Origin: Tubiluchus corallicola
Lineage: Eukaryota > Animalia > Priapulida
Direction: 5' to 3'
DNA length: 64,000 nucleotides
NCBI GenBank assembly: GCA_030141605.1
Contig: JAQGDQ010000001.1
Coordinates: forward strand, 248,001-312,000
Below are positions 25,301 to 36,850 of the stretch, in pieces (position 1 is the first letter of the stretch; each line of letters opens with the position of its first letter). Below the pieces are notes generated by a model. The model was not told where the DNA came from. It was given only the letters and a program-made list of their open reading frames with translations, and did no database searches. Position numbers and translations under genes: made by a program.

Positions 25301-26608
25301 CCTGTAAACAAAAATAAATATATAGCTAACGGTGATATGATTGCTCCTGATTTTTTAGTTATTAGCTATAACTACAGCTATTACTAGTATCAGCTACATG
25401 TACTAGCTAACGCAGCTACAGTCAAACCTTGTTATACCGCCCTGCATTATAATGCCAACCTCCAATAACACCAACTTTCGCCCTGTTTTTCCGATTTGTA
25501 TAATGTGTTATAAAGGGTATGCCACCAACCTCGTCTGCTACCATCCAGTAATGCATTTGCTGAGCCAAATGTCTATTCACACAATAAATTAACCTTGTTA
25601 TAACGCCAGGCAGTGCGCACAATTACTGCCCGAAAAATGCTATTGTATTGCAAAAATAGTTACCTTTTAACATAAAAACAATACCTTTCAAAATAAAAAT
25701 AATCGTGATATTTGAGGATTTAAATCTTGTAGCAAGTGACTGTAGGAAAGTAAATTAATGTAGAAATTTTAATCTGACTAGGGGCATAGATGTGTTTTGT
25801 TTCTCTCGGACGGCTCGTAGAGAAAACCTGAAAAGGCGTCGTCAAATTAAACTAGTTTATTATGCGAGAATTATACAACACAAAAGTATGAAGGAACGTG
25901 AAATGTGATAATCTGGAAACATGTAAGCGAGAGTGTGCATATCTGAGAATACGAGAATAAACTTGAGCGGCCAGCTCCGCCTTATATATCAGTGCAAGAG
26001 AACAATCTAGAAACTACTACACGCATCGCGTATAGAAAGTTCTCGAATCTTCTACAAGGTAAGAAGATTGTTCTACTATACTATAGAATATTCCAGATCT
26101 CCACAACGACAGACAAGGACATGAATTTTCTACAGTGTAAATTGGAGTTGACATGACACATGTTGCACATTCTGCTATGCAAAAGAAGTAAATTTGTGAA
26201 TGTCCGTGAAAACAAAATCAAGAGTTGTCTAGACATTGCAAACTATTTTTCCACTAAGTGGGATAAACAGATTAAATGAAAGAGGTTAATGATGTTTTTT
26301 CAAGTCGAATAATGCTATCGATATAAAATATGATTGAAAGTGAATTTATTGATAAATGGTTCCAGGCATTTGTATATTTTGCTGTTTAAAGTGATAGAGC
26401 ATAGTCAGCATTCTGCAAGTTGCCATGCAGCACTGAACTACAGGGACTCGAGTATACTTAATGTTGACAATCTCTACGATTAGAAAAATCTGTAATCCCA
26501 TTCTAAGGTGAGACATTCAACCAGCAGAGGTGTTTATATATCCTAATAGGTGGCAGAGTTATACCAGCTATATGAAAATGACCAGAGCTGATTTTCGTAG
26601 TAGTCAGT
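25301..26608 (-). repeat. Inverted duplicate of AGMAT intron 6 segment 20361-21256
   Basis: The reverse complement of 26608->25301 follows 20361->21256 colinearly (actgactactacgaaaa...gtagagattgtcaacattaag...ttagctttacatttatttttg[c/t]ttacagg). It is interrupted by a 321-bp insert (25791-26111) and an indel of about 80 bp (about 26478-26560). Confidence 0.92.
25791..26111 (-). mobile_element. Probable solo LTR (321 bp) inside the inverted duplicate
   Basis: Absent from the 20361-21256 copy. Termini TGT...ACA. The minus strand has a TATA box (gatatataag, 25981-25990) followed by AATAAA (25856-25861). The TSD is unclear (GA, or degenerate gatg/gaca). Confidence 0.65.
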
Positions 26609-27739
26609 GGGCGGGTGTGTATATATAATGTGCTTGCAAATAGTCAAAAACGTCCATAAGTCGGCATAGTTAAAACTATGTTATGATGCTTCAAAGTTGA
26701 ATGCACCAAAAATTTGGTTTAATGTAAATTTTTATTTTTTACAAAAGCCAATGCTAAATATATCGGACTGTTATATTCTAACATCAAATCATTAAGATAA
26801 TATTTGGAAAAATACTAAAAGTCTAATTTAATAACCTCACGTCTAATTTTGTGGTGCACAAGTAGTAGTTTTATGGGAAACTAGTACTGCAATTGCAAAA
26901 AAATTGTATTTTCAAACTCCTGTTGTAGCTCATGGAAACAATCATTTTGCTTCGGGTTTTTCGGTTGCCAAGCACAGATCTTCATCTGGAAGAGCCATCT
27001 ACTGGATTTCAACATAACTTCAATGTGTTCTTGCAGTCCGTAGCAACCAACATTTGTGCGGTTGCTAAGTGCTTTGTAGGAACGCGATAAAAAATAATAA
27101 TCAAACTATCAAAATGTTCCTCATTAAAAGCAGATTCGGGATATGTGAAAAAGTAGAAAAGCTTAATTGTCGACTTATGCAAATACACTGTATAATGATA
27201 ACAAAACAATAATCCTTTTCACGTGTGCCAAAGGCACATCAAAAACCTATTTAAATGCAAAGACTGTTGCAGTCACCTGTAGTATGTGTTATTAAATGTG
27301 ACAAATTGTGATTCAATTTTAATGGATAAGCAAGAGCGAAATTCTTGTGTCGTCTTAATTACGGACCTAAACTATCTCACAGTAGATTCTATCAAGATTT
27401 ACAAACTAATAACGTTATAATTAATTTTATAGATAGACAATCGTTATATGATGTGAACTCAATCTTGGTTTTCAACTTTTAAAAAAAGATGCAACTTTTG
27501 GGATGTTTTAAAAATTTGTCCTGCCCTCCCAATGGAAGATTGTGTGCAGCGTATCTAATGCTACACATTGATTTAGTGAAGGAATATGTATATTCCTTGT
27601 ATGTATGATAGGTATATCACTTGTCTAGAGACAAACATTGCCAAAAACTAACAAAAATTAACGAAAATCCTACACTTTCACATTTAAGGGTAATTTAAAT
27701 TCGTGTTCTATTTATTTATTATACTCAGCCTATAGTAAC

Positions 27740-28230
27740 TATATGATCCACGGTGTCTCCATTTTTTTCGTCCACCATATTGATTCTCTGTTATTCCATT
27801 TCCTAACATTTATTTCCTTTCAAAAATTCTTTCAAAGTTATTAATAATAATTTTATTAGTCCATTTGTCAAAAATTTATCCTTCTAGCTCCTATTAGTAA
27901 TCACTTGTTTTTGTCAACCTTTTTTAGATAACGATTTTTTCATTTCCTTTCCACTGACTTGGAACTCCATACATTTTACTTCATTAACCATTTTTACTAT
28001 GCTATGTTTCAGATTACGTCCGACACTTGTAATGATTTCATTTGCATGTCCACATTTGCATATCCCCATTTGCATGACCACATTTGCAAATCCCCTACTT
28101 TCCGTTTTTTAAGTTCTTAACAGCATCTTCTACTTTTTCATTGTAATTTCTCTTATTTCTCGTTGTATTCCTAGTTCCATAATTTGATTAGAAATTTTAT
28201 TCGCAAGTTCTTCCACTAGCATTTTCTTTC
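27740..28230 (-). mobile_element. Degenerate non-LTR retrotransposon (LINE) RT relic
   Basis: Minus-strand broken peptides EIREITMK/VEDAVKNLKNGK, GVPSQWK, KKG, FERI and GGRK..DTVDHI follow the order of LINE RT motifs (EV.KAIK.LKNGKAPG, P..WK, GFRK.RST.DHI). Confidence 0.6.
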
Positions 28231-29080
28231 TGTATTTCTTTTGTGAGCTACAATCTAGCAGTCGGTCGATAGAAAAGACGCAAATGACGATGATAAGATA
28301 AGCGATTTGACATTGATTTCCATTATTTCCCTTACTTCTTAATTCTCATGCATGGTATTTTATAGCAAAGCAAGCGGAGTTGCACGGCACAATAAAGTGA
28401 GTGTATAAAAGTTAAAATAAAATTTTAATTTGAATAAAGTTAACGTTAGTGGCTTGTCAATACCACTAACAATTAGCTTGTTCATATAGTATAGTAGTTT
28501 TTTTAGCTTCATAAACTTAAAGTAAAGCATGATGATTTTTGACGTTCGATAAAACGTTTACATTTTAGCACAATTAATACTGCAAAAGTGTTTCTGATAA
28601 TTAAATAATAGAGTAAAAACTTAATTAACGGCGGGCGACCCCAACTAGTGATAACGTCACAAACTAACATAATTTTCAAGAGCAAAAATATTCCACGAGC
28701 GTGTTTTCGAAAGCGAAAATTGAAGTACAGCACTACTGTAAGTGTATATGTGTACAGCACTTCTCTTTCCCACCGTGACCACAAATAAAAGTTCCAAATT
28801 TTCAACAAGTCTGCTAAACTATATTGAAAAATTTTACAGTGCACATACATATTCTTATTATTCTGACTTGATGAAAGTTCAAAGTTTCAAACCTTTTTGC
28901 CACCATAACATCATGCTTGCATACCAGAACTGGTATTCTGCTACTAATACCTTGAATATAAATGTTTTCTTATTGTAAGGCTGTAAGCTGTTGTATTTAA
29001 AAAAATGTATTTTCTTTTTACAGCTGAAGCTAGTGTAGACTTGTGAGCCTGATGTAGCTCAGTTTCTCACACATCAAGTG

Positions 29081-32000
29081 ATGAGTTTTGATTGTATTCC
29101 TGATGTCGATATTGATCCAAAAGGACGCTTTAAGTATGTGCTGATTAAGGTTTTTGAAAAAGGCAACCTAGGGAATCACAAGTATATAGTTCGAGGCTAC
29201 CTACGAGCTGGTTATCACGGTAAAATAGTCTGTAAAATTCTGTAGTAAAAATTATGTTGTAAGGTACTGAAAGTGTAGTGGTAGCAGTGGCATAGCTAAT
29301 GGTAGCAGTCCACCTCGGGCAGCACTTTTTAGAGGGACTAATCTAAACTTTATCGTTTCGACTACTTTGACGACAATTATTTGCTCAGCTGTTACTATGT
29401 TCAAAATTCTTTCCTGAACACAGCGACGTATTAGAAATCACTTCAGCTTCCAGCTTTGCATTTGGTGAAGCCTTTGGATGTCATAATTTTTGAGTTTTGA
29501 AACATAGGATGAATTTATTTCTTCACAAAGCAATTTTTTGTTTTTTCAGTAGTACTTTATTATTTTAACAAATTTTCAAAACCTTAAAATGGATTATTCA
29601 GGCAGTTGTCTGCCTGTACAGAAGAGCTGATATCGGCGTTGCATTCAGCAAAATAAAATGTTCTTTACTGTGATTTGTTTGTGGTGCAAATGTATATGTA
29701 ATCAAAAATATATATAGACAATAGCAGTGTTTCCCTGATCCGGACCTAATTCTGCCTTTCATTGCCTGGAAAAATGGCACACAATTTTATTTTGGAGTGA
29801 GGGTAACATAATCATTACCTTTCAACAAAATTTATTCAGTAGCTATAATATTTGGTACTAATATTAGTTATTGGTTATATTCAGTCTTGAGTCAGATGCA
29901 ATTTGTAAGACCTACACGTGATTATATCTACAGTGTATGTATATAGACCTGCCCTTTGTTAACAAAGATGCAAACCATTTTTATGTTTTATCATTCAAGC
30001 TCTCTTACTGTTACACATACATGTTAGTGTGTGCCTGCAGGCAAATTATATATACTGGGCTATGCTTAGTCTGACTTGGTCCCTTGCCATCTGCACGTGC
30101 CTTCAATGGCCTTCAGTGTGTGCCTTTAATTTGTAATGGGTCAATGTTAATACTGATCCAGGCTCTAAGCAGCTACCAGTCCATTTCAGTTTAAAAGTCG
30201 GTACTGATGGTGGTTCATTGCTGTTTCCATAATTTTGTAAACATGCTTAACAACATTAAAATCAATGTTGGTCCACTGTAGGTTGTGCTAAGAATATTGA
30301 TACAGACGTTAGTCCTTTGCTGTCTTTATTCAAGAGTGTGCGGGACTTTCAAGCCCGATGGTACCATCTTACTCAATCACCACAAGACTTCAAGATCCTA
30401 TCCCACATGTGTGCCCATGTCGAGCCTGTGCAAAATATTTAGATGACATTCTGATGTTGTGCAGCATCCTTTTGACATTCCTTTAATTCCATGGAGAATG
30501 GGAGTAATGTGATGGAGAGAGATATTACCGCGGTAGCACAGTAAACTATGTTAAATGTATCCAACCTTTGATCTATATGCGGGACACATCCGAGAGCCAA
30601 CAGCCACAGTAACTAGTGAAAAACTGATTATCCAATTGTTGGCTAGTAACAAAAAGATCCCCTGTTGCCAAGATTCTTGATGAGATGCTGCATAGTTGAC
30701 AAGCCTGTAAGTTGGATGTAATGGGTCAAATATGTCACAAATCCAGAAAATGAAACTTCACATTGCATAGTCTAATAGATAAACTGTATGCTTTCCATCT
30801 AGGAGGTTTATAGCTTCGACATTATGACTAAGTTGTCCTAAAGATTGTAAAAAATGGTACCTGCTGTTGCCCTGCCTGTCACATGGTAATTAAAGTAAAA
30901 GCCGGGGAGTTATAATGATCTCTGTTAATGCACAAGATTTATCAAAAATTAAATTTTTTATAGCTGGCTGTACCAGTCATAAGGTACATGATAAAAAAAC
31001 ATATTTAAAAGATGATCTCTTGCAACAATAGCTGAATTTGTGAATTATTAGCTTTTTATGGCAAGATTAAACCTGGGAAAATATTAATTAATTTTTCTGT
31101 AAATTTTGTAGTACCCAGTTATTTTGCTGATATGAAGAAATTATGTGTTGTACATTTATTATTTAAATATTTTGTTTTAGCTGATGTGTTTGAAGAAGTA
31201 GAACCTCAGATACTTAGAGCTGGATTGGATTGTCACTGTACAGGAGGTGGTCGAATAGAACATAAAGCAAAAGATGAAGTTATTAGTGTTTATGGGTATT
31301 CAACAGTAAGTAAGATAATGGTAATAATTTGTTTCTTTTGAATTATATAAGTTATTTTTTTAATGATGACATTTTTTCTATTCGCCTTTTTTCGCCATTC
31401 CAAATTCTATTACACATTCAAGTACATATAATTCTCTCCATTTTGAATGCTAAGGTCCATGCATGGCAAAATTACTTGCGGCTTTCCTCACGAAAATTAA
31501 ACAAAATACGAAAATGGAATTCTTCTTGTAGAGCATTTCACACAGATGCCAGTTAATGAACTTTCCTTGTAGAAATCTGTGTGGGGAATTCTACTCCCAG
31601 GTAGAAGCTATGTGTCCTTCTCATGAGAAAATTTGCCACTTAGCAGAAATATTGCACTTCCAGTTTTCGTGAGGATTCCTTAAGGAATTCACATTGGAAT
31701 TTAACAATTACTTCTTTCTTGTCTAATGAGCAACAGTTAATGTAATTTAGTATAAAATTATCATATTTTAATCTCTCTTTTATTATACAGACGATTTTTT
31801 GTTTTATAAATGCAACAGCCATGTTATGTTCATGGAAAAATAATGCACACATATGTTCATTTTACATACATATGTTCTCAAATTTTTTAAGTAGTCAAAA
31901 AAGGAAACATGTCTGACATTACATTGACTAATATTATTAAATTTACTTTGTACATGACCATTGCACCTTGTAACTTAATTGAGACCTGACTATATAAAAT

Positions 32001-32947
32001 ATTAAATTACAAAAGTGGCTTTTTCTTACCACAGTGGCAATCTCACCACAACTGGGCCTTTGTCTGGCAAATTAACTTCGTTACTTATGAAAAAGCAAAT
32101 CCAGAATCCAATGTTTTTTTAAATTTCTGTATTCTAAGTAAACTACTTAGAGTGTGTTTATATTTTTCATCTCCACAAAAACATAGACTTGTGTATTTTA
32201 TTTATATTGGCCTGTTAGCCTACTCAAAATGGTGCAACACAGACAATTAGCTTTTTTGTTTTTTCCTTAAAGAAATGCTAATATGCATACTTAGTTATAC
32301 TTATAATAAAACTTTTTTATAAATACTCTCATTTAAAGTGTCTGGGGTATTTCTAGTTTAACTGTGAAATTTCTTCTGATTGTCTTTCAACTGGCCATAC
32401 AACACTACTGTTTTGTTGCATTATTTCAGTTCACCCAATAATGATGATAGTTAATGCTGTTGTAATTATGATAAATGCTTGGCAAAATTATTACAACGTC
32501 GTCACTGTGCATGCTGGCGAGTAATAACTACAACCTTGTGACTCGCAAAGCAGGTGGAGCTAGCTGGACGCAGATTAAAAATTAAGTGGTTTCCTTGCAA
32601 ATGAACTTTCTTGGTGCATTTGTTTTCATGAAAAAAAACTGAATTTTCTGAGCAATTCTGTGCATCATTTTCCTCGGTGTGAAATGGGAGTAATGCCTGA
32701 TGAAGTGAAGATGGCCACTTTTTATTTTTTGTTTTATCTGATGGACTATCTTCTTTTGTTTTTTAAAACTTTCTTGATCTAGGTAAATTAATATTAATAG
32801 CCATTTATAATAGTTTTGGCATAATACTAGTTTACTAATATTATTAATTTTTAGGGTTATGGAAGAGCAGATCATTCTGTTGCAGTAGAGATATTGAAGA
32901 AGAAATACCCAGAATACACAATTTCTTGGTCAAACGAAGGATATTAA
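29081..32947 (+). CDS. PHPT1: 14 kDa phosphohistidine phosphatase (janus/ocnus family), copy A, 118 aa
   Basis: Exons 29081-29219, 31181-31305, 32855-32947 (GT-AG, 357 nt): MSFDCIPDVDIDPKGRFKYVLIKV...IVRGYLRAGYHADVFEEV...CTGGGRIEH...ISVYGYSTGYGRADH...YPEYTISWSNEGY*. All canonical PHPT1 motifs are present. Splice acceptor tttctttttacag at 29023 in the 5' UTR. Confidence 0.93.
30050..30760 (-). mobile_element. Possible highly degenerate RTE-like LINE relic in PHPT1-A intron 1
   Basis: GC-richer island with weak minus-strand peptide echoes (IDQRLDTF, QMARDQ) of RTE C-terminal regions; many stops. Confidence 0.35.
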
Positions 32948-33091
32948 GCAACTGACACTCCAACCTGTTTGTTGTAAACTACGGAGAGCAGTTTCTAAAT
33001 ACAGCTCGTAGAAAACAACATTTTTGAGGCACTGACAATTTGTTATTCACTGTCTTTGCAAAGAATAGTTGTCACATTTTCAGACTAGTTG

Positions 33092-35773
33092 ATGCTGAAA
33101 CTATTCTCCAACGTGCACAGCAAGTTATTGTTTGGCTATTTTCATGCACGTCCAAATTTGCCACCATCTACAATTGTTTCCAGTCGAGTATTTACAATGA
33201 GTTTGCAAGATATTCCTGATGTTGATGTGGACGAGAAAGGCCGTTTTAAGTACATTCTAATAAAGGTTACCAACAAAAACAAGCGAGACGAAGAAAAGTG
33301 CATCGTTAGGGGGTACAGTCGATGTGAATGGCACAGTACGTATCACAATTGATTTTTTTCTTTCAGTGTACCAGTTTGAAATAATTTTTTTAAATTATTT
33401 AGTGCATTAAAAGATATGTAGCATTGTAACAAATTTAGACATGTGGCTGTACGTAATCTAAGATTATAATAAAAAGCTATATCTGAAACTGTACTGCTAA
33501 TAATCAAATTGTTACTCTTCGCTGCTCTAGAAAGTTAAATTATACATGTTATGAACTAAGCTTGAGATTTCATTTGCAATGAACTGTATAATCTTTGCCA
33601 TGTATCATTTCAAAAGAATTGTTGAGATAAACCTGGCTATTGGTTAGTGACATTCGTTAGACAAATTATGATTTAACGGAGGAGTCTAGAAATTCCATAA
33701 AAACATCCACTTTGACTTGAGCTGCTTTAATCAAATGAATCTTCACCTAATTAGATGACTTTGCTAACTTTTATTCTTTCACATTGCAGATGACATATTT
33801 GCTGAAGTGGAACCAAAATTAAAAGAAGCTGGTTTTGTGTGTGAGGTTCTGGGAGGTGGAAAGTTGCTGCACCAGCCCATTGAGAAAGAACTTTGTGTAT
33901 TTGGAACATCTACAGTATGTATTTTTTATTCTCAAAACAACATTATTTTGTAAATGGTTAATTTTGTATGTTGCTTGCTGTTGCAGAGTTGTCAGAGTTT
34001 GAGCATCAAAAAGATGAAGTGGATGACATAATGGGTTAGCTGCCATCACACAGAATTTCATTTACTGTTTTACTAGTTTTGGCAGTCTTCTTGCAAATTA
34101 TTATAATAATCATGTTTATTTTTTTTGAAAATGCCAAGTCATTTCTTTGCTTTGAACTGTAGAGATTGCTATGTTGTAGAGTTGCAGGTCAATTGGGCCG
34201 GCTGAAAATGGTTTTGAAGATGGGTAAGCATTCAAATATTCAGTGGCACGGAAACATCTTCAAGTGGTTAGCTTGTTAAAATTTTCTTTTTTAATTTATT
34301 AGAAATCTTTTTATTTGTAACTTCAGAAATCTGGCAGATTTCTAAAGGAAAAACTTCTAAAAAAATGAGAACATGGTTGGTTTAATGGTTGGTAGTTTTC
34401 ACTTATCAAAATTTGTTTAGTTACACATGTGGTGAAATATTGATCCTCATACAGACCTGGTGCTCCCTGCTTTCTATTTAGTGCTCTGCCTTTATATCCA
34501 AAAGGTGTGAAAGCAACAGTGTGCTAATCTATATGTCACTAATATTTTGATTACTCATAAAAATAGATAATAATAGGTAAGTTACTAATTATATCTCATC
34601 TGTATTACTAAGTATTTTTGTAGCAAAAGTTAATGTCAAATCACTCCATAATTCTATCATTCTGAAACCACCATCTTAGATTTTGCATGAAGCAAAACTT
34701 TTGGGGACTACAGATTGCCTGGGACCGTTCACTAAAGTTTGCCCACTGTGGATAAATAATTATTCGACGATGCCAAAAGTAACTTTCAGTACTTGCAGCC
34801 AACTAGCAAAAAGTATTATTTTTTATATGAGAATTGAAGATTTATTAGTAAATAGCTCCAGGCTAAAAGTCGATGTTTATAAAAAAGTTACAATGTGCAG
34901 TTATAAAAACAGTACCTTATAATTTATATGGTAGGTTCTTGCAATATTACCTTTAACTAAAAGAGTTTTTACTTAAATCTCCAGTAAAGGCTGGCATTAA
35001 TATAGACATAGAACATTCATTTTCTCTAACGTAGTTTTTTTAAGAAAAGTTTTAGTTAAATATTAAATAATTGTAATCATAGAGCAGAGCATGGAGGGAC
35101 CAAAGGGACATCTAGTCTCCTGCCCTCCCATATAGCTAGATACGTACATTAAAAATAAACGGTGATGCTGCAAATAACAAAATCAAATAAGAAGAAAGAA
35201 AAAACAAAAATAGTACAAATTGTCAAAAAAAACTAAAATCAAAAAATAGTATAATAAAGTTAAATACATAAATCTAAGCAAAACAACGGCAAAGTAATCC
35301 AACACTATTTATTTAACTTTACAATTTTGTGCTGTGCTTACTCTTGTAATGGTAGTGTATACAGATTAGTCTTCAACTAATCAAGTTAATTAGACGTAGC
35401 TAAGGTGTTTGCAAAAACCGAGGTGAGTACTTTTTTGTCTGTTGTGGGTGATTATGAAGTGGAACAGTTTGTACGGCAGGTAGAGAGGCATTTTAATATC
35501 TACTTGATTGTAGGTGCTATCAGACAAAATTTATTATTCTTTGTACAATTTCATTTCATACTTAACTGATTATGGGAAATGGCTTCCATATGTTCCATTC
35601 CGAAATGTCATGTTCAATAAATGGTGTTGGAGTTTTTACTTAAAATCTGTAAAAAAACTATGCTTATTTGAATATTTGTATTTCAGGGATATGGCAAAGC
35701 AGATCATGATATTTCTGCTCAAGTGCTGAAAAAACATTACAAGGACTATAAGGTTAAAGTTGATAAAAACTGA
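33092..35773 (+). CDS. Phosphohistidine phosphatase/janus-ocnus family paralog, copy B, with a 35-aa N-terminal extension; alternative ATG at 33197
   Basis: Exons 33092-33335, 33790-33914, 35687-35773 with the same intron positions and phases as copy A. MLKLFSNVHSKLLFGYFHARPNLPPSTIVSSRVFT-MSLQDIPDVDVDEKGRFKYILIKV...IVRGYSRCEWHNDIFAEV...VLGGGKLLH...VFGTSTGYGKADH...HYKDYKVKVDKN*. Confidence 0.88.
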
Positions 35774-36559
35774 TTATCTGTCGCAATAGAATTGGCGATA
35801 AGCGGTGTGAAACAGATATCTGGTGTGATTCAATAGCTTAACTTTGCGACTGAAAAATATTTTTTTGTTGCTTATGTACTTTTTTCATTTGCTAGTATTA
35901 GTAGCTTGTACTAATTGGTTTGTTGACTATTGAGTATATCTTGTAATACGTTTGACTATTCAGTACTTACTGTTTCAAATTCAGTATTTTATGCTTTCTT
36001 CTTTTTTTCTGCCACATTTATGTTGCTGCCAAAGTTTAAAGGGTTTTTAATTTGATAGACAATTTTTTTCAAGATTTTCACATTTCGTATTTGGAATGAA
36101 TGCTGATAACATTCAGCATTGTTTCCCTTGATGAGTATGTATACTATACTGTCTGCTAGTTTTGTATCAAACGACAAGTGCTGCTGTTCTGAAATTTTTT
36201 TCAACTCTTGTCACAAAATAATTATTTTTGGCCTTGTTAGTAATACTAATACGACTTATCACTATTAACATTGTTTTTGTCAAAATAAGTGGTACGTCAC
36301 ATGGGTTTGACATAAATAAATGAGTGTAATAGTGGATTTTATAGAATTTGTTTTTTTTACGTCTTTCACTGAACTCATCATGAAACTTAAGCTAGTGCAA
36401 GCCCTTTCTTCATATTGCCATCTTACATTTAACCATTACTGATTATTTCAGTTAGAAAAACTTCAATACGATATCTTGCATCAAAATTAACTTACTCTAA
36501 TTAATTTAAGTATATACTATGTGGTATGTTTATACTGCTGTCATTCTTATTATCAAAGG

Positions 36560-36850
36560 TAATATATGCTACAATTTGAAAAAGGTTGATACACAAATTA
36601 ATCAGAAAATGAAAGATTGTGCATAGTTTTTAACAACAAAGAAAGCAGCAAGCAAAACACAATTGAAGAAGAATTACATTTCTTGTTTACTTGTCCAACC
36701 TGTGAAGCAATAAGAGAAAAATATGAAGACTGACTCTACAATTTTAAGTTCCTGAAAAAAAATCACCTTTCTCCTTACTCTGGTTATTTAATTCTGAGAA
36801 CAAAATTGACCTAAATACCTTTGGAAAATTTATCACTGAGTGTACATGCT
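36560..36850 (+). mobile_element. LINE 3' fragment (C-terminal Cys/His knuckle, CR1/L2-group-like)
   Basis: Broken peptides LQFEKG*YT, ENERLC and IEEELHFLFTCPTCEAIRE match the L.IE.GRY...R.C..C...EDE.HFL..C pattern. Confidence 0.6.

Noticed and set aside
24756-25317. ORFs 24756-25166 (136 aa) and 25081-25317
   Set aside because: They come from purine-rich and microsatellite sequence (SLSLS/ERERE), with no recognisable domain or exon structure.
30800-30910. Possible SINE core (ctaaagattgtaaaaaatggtacctgctgttgccctgc)
   Set aside because: It resembles widespread invertebrate SINE bodies, but no tRNA A/B boxes or second copy could be verified here.
35771-35836. UGA of PHPT1-B followed by a weak stem-loop and a 20-codon open frame (readthrough or selenocysteine)
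   Set aside because: The context is UGA-UUA rather than UGA-CUAG, the extension does not restore the family C-terminus, and no SECIS element was recognised.
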